Source: Desulfobacterales bacterium (GTDB lineage Bacteria > Desulfobacterota > Desulfobacteria > Desulfobacterales > UBA2174). From it: DNA of 64,000 nt. The stretch is taken from NCBI GenBank assembly GCA_963668645.2, contig CAXXWC010000003.1:288001-352000 (forward strand), in the 5' to 3' direction. Every line of letters starts with the position of its first letter. The stretch's first letter is position 1. The notes under the pieces were generated by a model that searched no databases, had not been told where the DNA came from, and saw only the letters and a list, made by a program, of their open reading frames with translations. Position numbers and translations under genes: made by a program. This document shows, in pieces, positions 18,614 through 27,974 of the stretch.

Positions 18614-21238
18614 ATGGATACTGAGACGGAAACCGATAAACACCGCCCCGTCTGGCTCGATCGCTGGCTTCAGGGCACCGGACACCATTACAGCTTCATT
18701 TTTCCCCGGCACCCGGGCCGCTTGGTGTCGCTTCTGCTGCGGATTTTTTACTCGGGCCTGGTATTGGATGAGATCCAGCAGGCCAAGATTGCCGATCTGC
18801 CCCGGGACGGCATCATCGTATACATTTCCAAGCACAAAAGCCGATTCGAACATCTGTTCTACCATACCCGATACGCCCAGTGCGACCTTCCTGTCCCGGA
18901 GCTCAGCTTCGATCATCGCTTTATGCTGCTCCAGCCGCTTTCACGGCTGATGCGCATCGTTATCGCTGGCATCGAACACTTTCTGAGGCATTTTTCCCTG
19001 CCCAACCTTTTCGAAAACGGCTATGCCGCCCGCTTTCTTCAGCAGGGCGGTTCGGCCCATCTGGCCCTGGTGCGCCGCCGCGGCTTTTACCAGCGTTTTG
19101 TCAAGGCCGGCATGGATCCGCTGCGCTTTCTGGTCGAACTCCAGGCGGCCACCGCGACCCCCATTCTGATCGTACCGCAACTGATGTTCTACGGCCGCAA
19201 CCCTATTTCGACCATGCCGAGCATGATCGATGCGATCTTCGGCAGCGAGCAGAATCCCGGCCGACTCCGGCGCCTCGTGGCCCTGTTCCGGAATCCGGGG
19301 CGGGTCTTCGTCGAAATCTCAGAACCGCTGGACCTTAAGCGGTTTCTGGCCAACCCCGAACTGAACGGCCGAAGCGCCGAATACCAGGCCTTGGTGCTGC
19401 GCCGGCATCTGCTGCACCAGCTCGACCGCCATCGTCAAAGCATCATCGGGCCGGTGCTCAAGACGCGCCAGGAACTTAGGGAAAGTATCCTGACCAGCGA
19501 CACGATGCGTGCCTATCTGGCCAGATACGCCAAAAAGGAGGAGATGCCGCTGCATGCCGCACGGCGCAAGGCGGACAAATACCTGAAGGAAATCGCGGCC
19601 CGCTACAGCTTCCTGTCACTCAAATGCTATTCGGGGGTCGTCACCTTTCTTCTGAAAACCATGTTCGACGGAATCAGCGTCAACCGCGAGATGCTCGATC
19701 GCATCAAGGACGCTTCACGCGGCGGCCCCCTGATCCTTATCCCCTGCCACAAGAGCCACATCGATTACCTGCTGCTGAGCTACCTCCTCTTTCACAACAA
19801 CATGCCCTGCCCCTTGATCGCGGCGGGCAGGAACCTGTCTTTTTTCCCCATGGGACCGCTGTTCCGCAAAGGCGGGGCCTTCTTCATCCGGCGCACTTTC
19901 AAAGGCAAGCCGCTCTATAAGGAAGTCTTCAGGTCCTATGTCGCCAGGATCCTCCAGGAAGGCTTCAACGTCGAGTTTTTTATCGAAGGCGGCCGCAGCC
20001 GCACCGGTAAGATGATCCTGCCCAAAATGGGCCTGCTGTCGACCCTGATCAAGAGCTTTCGTGACGGGGCCTGTGAGGACCTGGTCTTCGTACCGATTTA
20101 TATCGGCTACGATCGGGTCCTGGAAGAAAGTGCCTATCTCAACGAGCTGGAAGGCGGCACCAAGGAACCCGAGAGTCTGCTTCAGGTGATCCGGGCCCGC
20201 CGCTTCCTTAAAAAACGCTACGGGCGCGTCTATGTGCGTTTTCAGAAGCCCGTTTCCTTCAACACACTGCTGGCCCAACACGACATCGATCTGGCGCAGC
20301 TCAACCCACCGAATCTAGCGGCCCTTTGCCGCAACGTGGCCTTCCGGGTGATCAACGCCATCAATGCGGTGACCATCATCACCCCCCACTGTCTGGTTGC
20401 GGCCGCGGCCCTCAACCTGCCGCGCCGGCGCTTCGGCCATGAGGACCTGCTCCAGACCATCGAAACCTATCTGACCTTTCTCGAAGCGCAACAGGCCCCT
20501 TTGGCTGACACGCTGGTGATGGACCCGTCCCGGGCCATCGAGCAGGCCCTGGAGGCCTACGTCCAGCGGCGCTTCATCGAGCGTATCACCCTGGGCAAGG
20601 AGAATCCGGCGGCCGATCTGCTCTATACCGTCAACGAAAACAAGCGTCCGAACCTCGAGTACTACAAGAATAACGGCGTTCATTTTTTCGTGCCGGCAGC
20701 CATCACGAGCCTGGCCATCCTGAAGCGCGAAGCGTTCCAGTTCGCATCCACCGATCTGCACCTCGACTACCGGGAGCTGCAAGAACTGTTAAAAAACGAA
20801 TTCGCCTACGATATCGACCGGCCGCCGGAATACTATGTCCGCAAGGCCCTCAAGGCCTTCATCGACGATGCCCTGCTCATGCCCCATCCCACCCTGCCTG
20901 ACACGTACAACCTGACGTCGGCCGGATACCGCAAGATCAAGCTCTTCGGCGCGTTTTTGCAGACCTACCTCGAATCCTACTGGATCGTGATCAACCATTT
21001 CCGGCGCGAACCGGAACCGGAAATGGATGCCAAAGAGCGGCTCAAAAAAATCGAATCGCTGGGCAATCGCATGTACAAAAACGAAGAGATCGACCGCAAA
21101 GAAGCCCTTTCGCGGATCAACTACCGCAATGCGGTGGATTTTTTCATCAGCCGCGGCCTGGGCCAGCACAAAGCCGCCGAGACGGCCGAGGCCTATGCCG
21201 CCAGGATCCGCCGCTACCTTGATCTGATCGCAGGCTGA
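18614..21238 (+). CDS. plsB: Glycerol-3-phosphate acyltransferase PlsB-like
   Basis: PCHKSHIDY (HX4D), GAFFIRR, FFIEGGRSRTGK. Confidence 0.9.
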   Translation: MDTETETDKHRPVWLDRWLQGTGHHYSFIFPRHPGRLVSLLLRIFYSGLVLDEIQQAKIADLPRDGIIVYISKHKSRFEHLFYHTRYAQCDLPVPELSFDHRFMLLQPLSRLMRIVIAGIEHFLRHFSLPNLFENGYAARFLQQGGSAHLALVRRRGFYQRFVKAGMDPLRFLVELQAATATPILIVPQLMFYGRNPISTMPSMIDAIFGSEQNPGRLRRLVALFRNPGRVFVEISEPLDLKRFLANPELNGRSAEYQALVLRRHLLHQLDRHRQSIIGPVLKTRQELRESILTSDTMRAYLARYAKKEEMPLHAARRKADKYLKEIAARYSFLSLKCYSGVVTFLLKTMFDGISVNREMLDRIKDASRGGPLILIPCHKSHIDYLLLSYLLFHNNMPCPLIAAGRNLSFFPMGPLFRKGGAFFIRRTFKGKPLYKEVFRSYVARILQEGFNVEFFIEGGRSRTGKMILPKMGLLSTLIKSFRDGACEDLVFVPIYIGYDRVLEESAYLNELEGGTKEPESLLQVIRARRFLKKRYGRVYVRFQKPVSFNTLLAQHDIDLAQLNPPNLAALCRNVAFRVINAINAVTIITPHCLVAAAALNLPRRRFGHEDLLQTIETYLTFLEAQQAPLADTLVMDPSRAIEQALEAYVQRRFIERITLGKENPAADLLYTVNENKRPNLEYYKNNGVHFFVPAAITSLAILKREAFQFASTDLHLDYRELQELLKNEFAYDIDRPPEYYVRKALKAFIDDALLMPHPTLPDTYNLTSAGYRKIKLFGAFLQTYLESYWIVINHFRREPEPEMDAKERLKKIESLGNRMYKNEEIDRKEALSRINYRNAVDFFISRGLGQHKAAETAEAYAARIRRYLDLIAG

Positions 21239-21241
21239 AAA

Positions 21242-22921
21242 ATGAAGGCTCTGGTGCTGGCCGCCGGCCTGGGAACCCGGCTGCGCCCCCAAACCGACCG
21301 AGTACCCAAACCGCTCTTTCCCGTCGGTGGACGCCCCATGCTCCACCGCATTCTGAGTCAACTGGAGGCCGCCGGATGCGAGGCGGCGGCCGTCAACACC
21401 CATCACCTGGCCGACGCCGTGAAACAGAGCGTGGCGTGCTTTGCCGGCAAAATGCCGGTGATAGTGCGCCATGAACCCCATCTTCTGGGCACGGGGGGGG
21501 CCATCCGCAATCTGGCCGATTTCTGGGACCGGCGACCTTTCATGGTGATCAACGCCGATATCGTCTGCGATGCCGATCTGGCGGCGGTCTATCGCTTCCA
21601 TGCCGGCCACCACGATCCGGTCACCCTGGTGGTGGTGGACTATCCGGACATCAATTCGCTGCGAATGGACGCCGCAGGGTGCATCGTGGCCCTGCGGGAC
21701 CAGGAATCCGGCCCGCTTCCCGACTCCCTGCAGCGCAGAACCTTCACCGGAATCCAGGTCCTCGATCCTTTGGTGCTCCAGTTCCTGCCGCCCGGCCGGT
21801 TCGCCGACAGCATCGAGGCCTTCGAAAAGATGCAGGCCGCCGGCCACCGGCTGCAAACCTACGAGATACACCGTGCCGACTGGATCGATGCCGGCACCCC
21901 GCAGCGCTATTGCCGGGCCGCCGCCGCGGCCCTGATCCCCCAGGCCTTCCAGCGGGCCTGCGGCCGGACCATGGCACCGGAAAAGATCCAATGGCAGCCC
22001 CTGGCCGGCGACGGATCGGACCGGCGCTGGTTTCGCCTCCAATCCGGGGCCGGCACCCTGGTCCTGGCCGATCACGGCCTGGCCGCCGGCCAGGGTCCCA
22101 GCGAAACGGATGCCTTTATCGCCATCGGCCGTCACCTGCACCGCCGCGGGGTCCCGGTGCCGGTCATCCAGGCCGCCGAACCCTTTGCCGGCCAGGTCAT
22201 CATGGAAGATCTGGGCGACGTCCACCTCCAGACGGTCGCGGCCCGAACCCCCGATCCCTCGGCCCGCCGCGGCCTCTACAACCGGGTGATCGCCGCCCTG
22301 GTGCACATGAGCCGGGCCGGCACCGGCGGCTTCGATCCCGGCTGGTGCCATCAGGCCCCGCGCTACGACCGGCAGACCATCGTCGAAAAAGAAGGCGGCT
22401 ATTTTCTGGAAGCGTACGTACGAGGGGTGGTTGGTATTGCGGTGGCCACCGAAAAGATCCTGCCGGCCCTGGAGCACCTGGCCCGGTGCATCGAACCCCT
22501 GGAAGCCGGGTTCATGCACCGGGACTTTCAATCGCGCAACATCATGATCGCCCAGGACCGCATCGGCATCATCGATTTTCAGGCCGGCCGCCTGGGGCCG
22601 GTGGCCTACGATCTGGCCAGTCTGCTAATCGATCCTTACGTGGATCTGCCCGCGGACCTGCAGCAGGCCCTGGTCGACGATGCAATCCGGCACCTGGGCC
22701 TGTCGGCCCCAGTGGCCGAAGGCTTCAAGGCCGGCTACGGCTACTGCGCCCTGGCGCGCAACCTGCAAATCCTCGGGGCGTTCGGGTACCTGTCACAGGT
22801 CAAGGGCAAGACCGGATTTGCCGCCTATATCCGCCCGGCCCTGACCGGTCTCAAGCGCCGCCTGGACGCGATGGCCGACCCGGCCCTGGCGCCCTTGCGG
22901 CACCTGGTCCAACGCCTGTAG
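21242..22921 (+). CDS. Fusion of MurU-like nucleotidyltransferase and AmgK-like (APH family) sugar kinase
   Basis: LAAGLGTRLRP...PKPL N-domain; LAGDGSDRRWFR, EDLG, HRDFQSRN, IDFQ.G..GP..YDLASLL C-domain. Confidence 0.85.
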   Translation: MKALVLAAGLGTRLRPQTDRVPKPLFPVGGRPMLHRILSQLEAAGCEAAAVNTHHLADAVKQSVACFAGKMPVIVRHEPHLLGTGGAIRNLADFWDRRPFMVINADIVCDADLAAVYRFHAGHHDPVTLVVVDYPDINSLRMDAAGCIVALRDQESGPLPDSLQRRTFTGIQVLDPLVLQFLPPGRFADSIEAFEKMQAAGHRLQTYEIHRADWIDAGTPQRYCRAAAAALIPQAFQRACGRTMAPEKIQWQPLAGDGSDRRWFRLQSGAGTLVLADHGLAAGQGPSETDAFIAIGRHLHRRGVPVPVIQAAEPFAGQVIMEDLGDVHLQTVAARTPDPSARRGLYNRVIAALVHMSRAGTGGFDPGWCHQAPRYDRQTIVEKEGGYFLEAYVRGVVGIAVATEKILPALEHLARCIEPLEAGFMHRDFQSRNIMIAQDRIGIIDFQAGRLGPVAYDLASLLIDPYVDLPADLQQALVDDAIRHLGLSAPVAEGFKAGYGYCALARNLQILGAFGYLSQVKGKTGFAAYIRPALTGLKRRLDAMADPALAPLRHLVQRL

Positions 22922-22960
22922 GATGAATAACCGACGATTTAAAACCAAAGGAGGTTTTCC

Positions 22961-23788
22961 ATGCCACCGATCCCTGTCATGATCAACGGCCTGCCCGGCA
23001 ACGTGGCCCGCCTGATGCTGGTGCACGCGTTTAGCGATCCGCGATTCCACGTCATCCCTTACAGCCTTACCGGCCCGGAAATCAGTGCCGGGTGCTTCGA
23101 GAGCGCCGGCGGCGAGGTCACCCTGCTCAAACCCGAACAGCGGGACCAGACCATGCCGGAAATCATCGCGGCCCACGGCACGCCCATCGCCCTGGACTTT
23201 ACCCACCCTGCGGCCGTCAACGCCAACGCCGTCTTTTACACCGCCCACCAGATCCCTTTCGTGATGGGCACCACCGGCGGGGACCGGGCCGCGCTTCACG
23301 CCACGGTCGAAAACTCGGCCATCGCGGCGGTGATCGCCCCCAACATGGCCAAACAGATCGTCGGATTCCAGGCCATGCTCGAATATGCCGCCGACACCTT
23401 TCCCGGCCTTTTCGCCGGCTACCGGCTCCAAGTGCGCGAAAGCCACCAGCGGGGCAAGGCCGACACCAGCGGTACGGCCAAGGCCGCGGTGCAGGCCTTC
23501 AATCGCCTCGGGGTGGCCTTCGAGATGGCGCAGATCGAAAAGGAGCGCGACCCGCAGGTTCAAAAAGAGGTCTGGGGGGTTCCCGAGCCGTATCTGACCG
23601 GGCACGGCTGGCACACCTATACCCTCGACTCGCCCGACGGCACGGCGCGGTTCGAGTTTACCCACAACGTCAACGGCCGGGACATCTACATCCAGGGGAC
23701 CATGGACGCCGTGGCCTTTCTGGCGGCGCAAATCGCCGCCGGAGCACACGGCCGGGTCTTTTCGATGATCGATGTGCTGCGCGGCTGA
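22961..23788 (+). CDS. dapB: 4-hydroxy-tetrahydrodipicolinate reductase (plant-like type)
   Basis: DFTHP.AVN.N, FVMGTTGG, APNMAKQI, ESHQ.GKADTSGTA. Confidence 0.92.
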   Translation: MPPIPVMINGLPGNVARLMLVHAFSDPRFHVIPYSLTGPEISAGCFESAGGEVTLLKPEQRDQTMPEIIAAHGTPIALDFTHPAAVNANAVFYTAHQIPFVMGTTGGDRAALHATVENSAIAAVIAPNMAKQIVGFQAMLEYAADTFPGLFAGYRLQVRESHQRGKADTSGTAKAAVQAFNRLGVAFEMAQIEKERDPQVQKEVWGVPEPYLTGHGWHTYTLDSPDGTARFEFTHNVNGRDIYIQGTMDAVAFLAAQIAAGAHGRVFSMIDVLRG

Positions 23789-23803
23789 TGCACTGCCCGA
23801 GCC

Positions 23804-25774
23804 ATGGCGGCCGATCCGATCTTCGAGCCCTTCCGCTGCGGCGCCCTGAACCTGGCCAACCGCCTGGTGGCCTTGCCGGTCTTTACCGGCTATGCCACGG
23901 CCGACGGCCGTGTCAGCCCCCTGCTCAAGAGCCATTACCGGCGCCTGGCGTCTTGCGGAGCCGGGCTGGTCATGGTGGCCAACGTGGCGGTGCGCGCCGA
24001 TGGGATCACCTCGCGCTGCAACCTGCGTCTGGATAACGATCGCTATATCGCCGGCCTGGCCGATCTGGCCCGCGTGATCCACAGCGGCGGAGCCCTTGCC
24101 GGGCTGCAGCTCAACCACGCCGGGCGCCTGGCCCTCACCGATCAGCCCCTGGCGCCGGCCCCTCTGGACGGGGCCAACCTGACTTTCAACATCGCGGCCC
24201 TGAAGCGCTTCATGGAGTTTTTTCCCTTGCCGGCGCGCTTCGCCCTTACCCGGCGCTTCTGGCGCCAGGCCGGGGCCTGGCGCAACGCCATGAGCATCGA
24301 AGCGCGCCAGGAGGTGATCGAAGCCTTCGCTCGGGCCGCGAACCGGGCTGCCACGGCCGGCTTCGACCTGGTGGAGATCCATGGCGCCAGCGGATATCTT
24401 CTTTGCCAGTTTCTTTCGGCCTTTACCAACCCGCCGGTAACCCCGGATGATCCGGATGACCTGGTCCGGCGCCTGGTATTTCCGCTGACCCTCTTCAAGC
24501 GGGTCCGCGACGCGCTGGAACCCGGGGTGCCTCTGGGATGGCGCCTGATGGTCAGCGAATTCGTCCCAAACGGGATCGACCTCGACCAGGCCAAGGCCCT
24601 CGGCCGGGAGCTGGCCCGGGCCGGGGCAGCCTATCTGTCGGTATCGGCGGGCACCTTCTATTCCCTGTTCGCCGATCAAGTGCGGCGCGTCACCCGCCGT
24701 CCCGGCTATCTGGGGTCCGCTTGCGCCGAACTGCGCCGCGAGCTGGCGATTCCGGTGGTGGCCGCCGGGCGCATCGTCACCCCGGCCGTGGCCCGGCGTA
24801 TCTTGGCTTCCGGCCAGGCCGACCTCATCGGTTTGGGCCGGCCGCTGCGGGCCGATGCCAGATGGCCGCAAAAGGCGCGCCAGGGGCGATCGGTGCGCGT
24901 CTGTCTCGACTGCAACTGGTGTTTGCGGCGGGTGGTCCTCGACCAGGGGCTGGGCTGCGTGCACTGGTCCCGGCCGCGCCTGGAACGCATCGAGATGACC
25001 CGACGCGCCATGGCCCGGCTCGGCTCCTGGCTCTGGATCGTCGCCACGCCGGACGACATGCGCCGTTACCGTGAACTGGCCTCCATTTTGGACCTCGGCA
25101 TGGCGGACGAGCCGGCCTCAGCCCCTGCCACTCTCCTGTTCCTGTATCCGGCCGTCGATGGGCAGGCGCGCAACGAATTTTGCCAATGGGTGTCGAATAA
25201 CTTCACCCCCGGCCCCCGGCAGGCCGCGTTTGCCCCGGCACCGGGCAGCCGCCCGGCCGACGCCTTGGTGGACCTGGTGCGACGCGAGGCTTTCGGCGGG
25301 GTGGTGTTTTGCAGGGATACGGCAGCCAACCAGGGCCGCCGGCTGCTCTACCGGCCCCGCGGCAAGGTGGTGACCCTGCTTGGCCGGGCTGCGGGCGACG
25401 GACCGGTTCTGGTGCCGTTGGATTTTTCCGATGCGAGTCTGTTGCAGCTTTTCCTGGTGCGGCGCATGCTGGCGCGAAAACCGGATCTGGAAATCGATCT
25501 GGTCCATGTCTGCCAGCAATCCGGACTCGACGTGCAGCGGCGCTGGACCGCGGTGCGCCGCCTCACCGGCTGGCCCCAAACCGTGTCCCTGAACATCGTA
25601 CCGGCCAGCGGCGGCATTGCCGCGACTCTGATCGCGCGGGCGCGCGACCGGAAAACCCGCACGCTGATCATGGGCAAGCGGGGGCTTTCAGGGGTCAAAA
25701 GGCTCCTGCTCGGGAGCGTTTCGGCTGCCGTAATGGCCGGGCTGCCTGACGCCACGGTGGTTCTGGTGGACTGA
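23804..25774 (+). CDS. NADH:flavin oxidoreductase (OYE family) fused to C-terminal universal stress protein domain(s)
   Basis: QLNHAGR, AGFD.VEIHGASGYL..QFLS, CLDCNWC..C; C-terminal VLVPLDFS...MGKRGLSGVKRLLLGSVS. Confidence 0.85.
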   Translation: MAADPIFEPFRCGALNLANRLVALPVFTGYATADGRVSPLLKSHYRRLASCGAGLVMVANVAVRADGITSRCNLRLDNDRYIAGLADLARVIHSGGALAGLQLNHAGRLALTDQPLAPAPLDGANLTFNIAALKRFMEFFPLPARFALTRRFWRQAGAWRNAMSIEARQEVIEAFARAANRAATAGFDLVEIHGASGYLLCQFLSAFTNPPVTPDDPDDLVRRLVFPLTLFKRVRDALEPGVPLGWRLMVSEFVPNGIDLDQAKALGRELARAGAAYLSVSAGTFYSLFADQVRRVTRRPGYLGSACAELRRELAIPVVAAGRIVTPAVARRILASGQADLIGLGRPLRADARWPQKARQGRSVRVCLDCNWCLRRVVLDQGLGCVHWSRPRLERIEMTRRAMARLGSWLWIVATPDDMRRYRELASILDLGMADEPASAPATLLFLYPAVDGQARNEFCQWVSNNFTPGPRQAAFAPAPGSRPADALVDLVRREAFGGVVFCRDTAANQGRRLLYRPRGKVVTLLGRAAGDGPVLVPLDFSDASLLQLFLVRRMLARKPDLEIDLVHVCQQSGLDVQRRWTAVRRLTGWPQTVSLNIVPASGGIAATLIARARDRKTRTLIMGKRGLSGVKRLLLGSVSAAVMAGLPDATVVLVD

Positions 25775-25793
25775 TTCGAAAGGCGACGGGGAG

Positions 25794-26306
25794 TTGTCGA
25801 CGGACTACATTTATCGCATCCTCGAACTGCAAGCGGTGCTGGCCGGGGCCGATCTGGTAAGGGTCCGGTCGGTCGAAGGCGAAAAGTCCCTGGCCGAATT
25901 TCTCGAGGCCATGTTCGCCTACCGGCCGGGCCTGGTGCGCCTGCTCTATCGCCTGCGGGCCTTTTTGATGCCCCTGATCGGCGTGCGCCAGCTCCCTTTG
26001 CCGACCCTTGACGAGTGGCTGCCCCCGGACGTACCGATGCTGGCCTGCGGCAATATCTGGTTCTTTTCCGTTTCCCTGGCCGACCCGCAGCGCTACTGGA
26101 TCGGCTGCTGTCCCGACGAGCGCCATCTGACCGGCTACATGGGCGTGGTGGCCGAGCCCCTGGACCGGGGCCGGCAGCGCTTCCACCTGCTGACCATCGT
26201 GCACTACAAACACTGGACCGGGCGGCTCTACTTCCGGCTGATCACACCTTTCAACCGTTTTTTCATGCACCGGCTGGCCCGCGCAGGCCTGGCCGGGAGG
26301 TGCTGA
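25794..26306 (+). CDS. DUF2867-like protein
   Basis: LYRLR..L...IG, D.RHL, TIVHYKHWTGRLYF.LI.PF. Confidence 0.65.
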   Translation: MSTDYIYRILELQAVLAGADLVRVRSVEGEKSLAEFLEAMFAYRPGLVRLLYRLRAFLMPLIGVRQLPLPTLDEWLPPDVPMLACGNIWFFSVSLADPQRYWIGCCPDERHLTGYMGVVAEPLDRGRQRFHLLTIVHYKHWTGRLYFRLITPFNRFFMHRLARAGLAGRC

Positions 26307-26323
26307 GGGCCGGCAATCATTTC

Positions 26324-26360
26324 GCAAGGGGGCTACGGTGATACGCCGCAGCCCCCTTGC
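26324..26360. terminator. Hairpin between the convergent DUF2867 and serC genes
   Basis: gcaagggggct / agcccccttgc 11-bp inverted repeat. Confidence 0.55.
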
Positions 26361-26414
26361 CTGCTCACGGTGCAAGGCCAGAGTTGAATGACGACTTTAG
26401 GCCAGGCGACTCGT

Positions 26415-27506
26415 TTACCCGTTGCGCTTTTCAAAATCCTTCATGAAATCCGCCAGCGCCTCGATGGCGTCCATTCCGGTGGCGTTGTAGATCGAAGCCC
26501 GGCAGCCCCCCACCGAACGGTGCCCCTTGAGCCCGCCCAGGCCATGGGCCAAGGCATCGGCCACAAATTTTTTCTCCAGCTCCTCGCTGGGCAGACGGAA
26601 GGTGACGTTCATCAGCGAACGGCTGTCCGCATCGGCCGTTGCGCGGTAAAAATCGCTCGAATCGATGGCCTGGTAGAGCAGTCCGGCCTTTCGGCGGTTG
26701 AGTTCGTCCATGCGTGCCAGCCCCCCAACGGTCTCTTCGAGCCACTTGAGCACCAGTTGGATGATGTAGACCGTGAAGCACGGCGGGGTGTTGTACATCG
26801 AATTTTTGTCCGCGTAGGTGTCGTAGCGCAGCATGGTGGGAAGGGTCTTGGGCGTGCGTGCCAGCAGGTCCTCGCGGATGATCACCAGGCAGACCCCGGC
26901 CGGACCGATGTTCTTCTGGGCCCCGGCGTAGATCAGCCCGAAGCGCTCCACCGGGATGGGCCGGCTAAGCATGTCCGAACTCATGTCCGCCACCAGGGGG
27001 ACGGCGCCAGTATCGGGAAACTCGGCCCACTGGGTCCCTTTGATGGTGTTGTTCGAGGTGATGTGGGCGTAGACCGCATCGGGGGTAAAGGCGATATCCT
27101 TGGGGATATAGCAGAAGTTGCGGTCATCGCTGGAGGCCGCCACCCGGATCGTCTTGCCCTGGATCTGGGCTTCCTTGATCGCCTTGGTCGACCAGGTGCC
27201 GGTGTTGACGTAGTCGGCCTTGTCCCCCCCCCCGGAAAGGAAATTCATCGGGATCATGGCGAACTGCATGCTGGCCCCGCCCTGAACGAAAAGGACGCGG
27301 TAGCGCTCGTCTAGTCCCAGCAGGCGCCGGGTACGCGCCACGGCGTCGTTGATCACATCATCGAACCACTTGGAACGGTGGCTGACTTCGCAGATGCTCA
27401 TGCCGCTGCCATGGTAGTCGAGAAGCTCGTCCTGGACCTTTTCCAGGACGGCCAGCGGCAAGGCGGCCGGTCCGGCGTTGAAGTTGTAAATGCGCTTTGA
27501 CGTCAT
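26415..27506 (-). CDS. serC: Phosphoserine aminotransferase
   Basis: YNFNAGPA, SHRS, QGGAS.QF, DMSS, GAQKNIGPAG, GHRSVGGCRASIYNA. Confidence 0.97.
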   Translation of the reverse strand: MTSKRIYNFNAGPAALPLAVLEKVQDELLDYHGSGMSICEVSHRSKWFDDVINDAVARTRRLLGLDERYRVLFVQGGASMQFAMIPMNFLSGGGDKADYVNTGTWSTKAIKEAQIQGKTIRVAASSDDRNFCYIPKDIAFTPDAVYAHITSNNTIKGTQWAEFPDTGAVPLVADMSSDMLSRPIPVERFGLIYAGAQKNIGPAGVCLVIIREDLLARTPKTLPTMLRYDTYADKNSMYNTPPCFTVYIIQLVLKWLEETVGGLARMDELNRRKAGLLYQAIDSSDFYRATADADSRSLMNVTFRLPSEELEKKFVADALAHGLGGLKGHRSVGGCRASIYNATGMDAIEALADFMKDFEKRNG

Positions 27507-27974
27507 GGTCTCCTCCATGGTCTGAAATTTGGCCGCCGGCCCTCAGCCGGCAACCGGCAACCGGGGATTGAAAGGTTGATTCTTTCGTTAAAAACCTGCA
27601 AAGGTTATTCAGAGCGATGTATGCCCGCTCAAACCGAAACAACCACTCAAGTATCTTCGTCTTTCAAGAATCCTTGGGGGCGCTCACCTCTGAAAGAAGG
27701 AGATGTGAAGCGACTTTTGACGATCGCATGAAAAAGTGATTAGTTTTGAGAAAAATCCCACAACTTGTCAACGGGAATTGTGGGATCAAAGCGATGGACC
27801 GCCCATCCAACCCAAACCCGCCGTTGCCCGTTTTTTAGGCCTGATTAAACTCAAGAAATGGGCTGCGGTTATTGACAATCCATTGGATATTGAATAGTTA
27901 CAAAAATTTTAGGGCCGGCCGCGGCCGACTGAATCACAGCCTGCTTCGGCCCATTTTATCGAGGATTCAACGGC

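Noticed and set aside
26301..26360. Cys-TGA at the end of the DUF2867 gene followed by a hairpin (possible Sec readthrough)
   Set aside because: The domain is already complete, the extension is short and featureless, and the hairpin fits a terminator between convergent genes.
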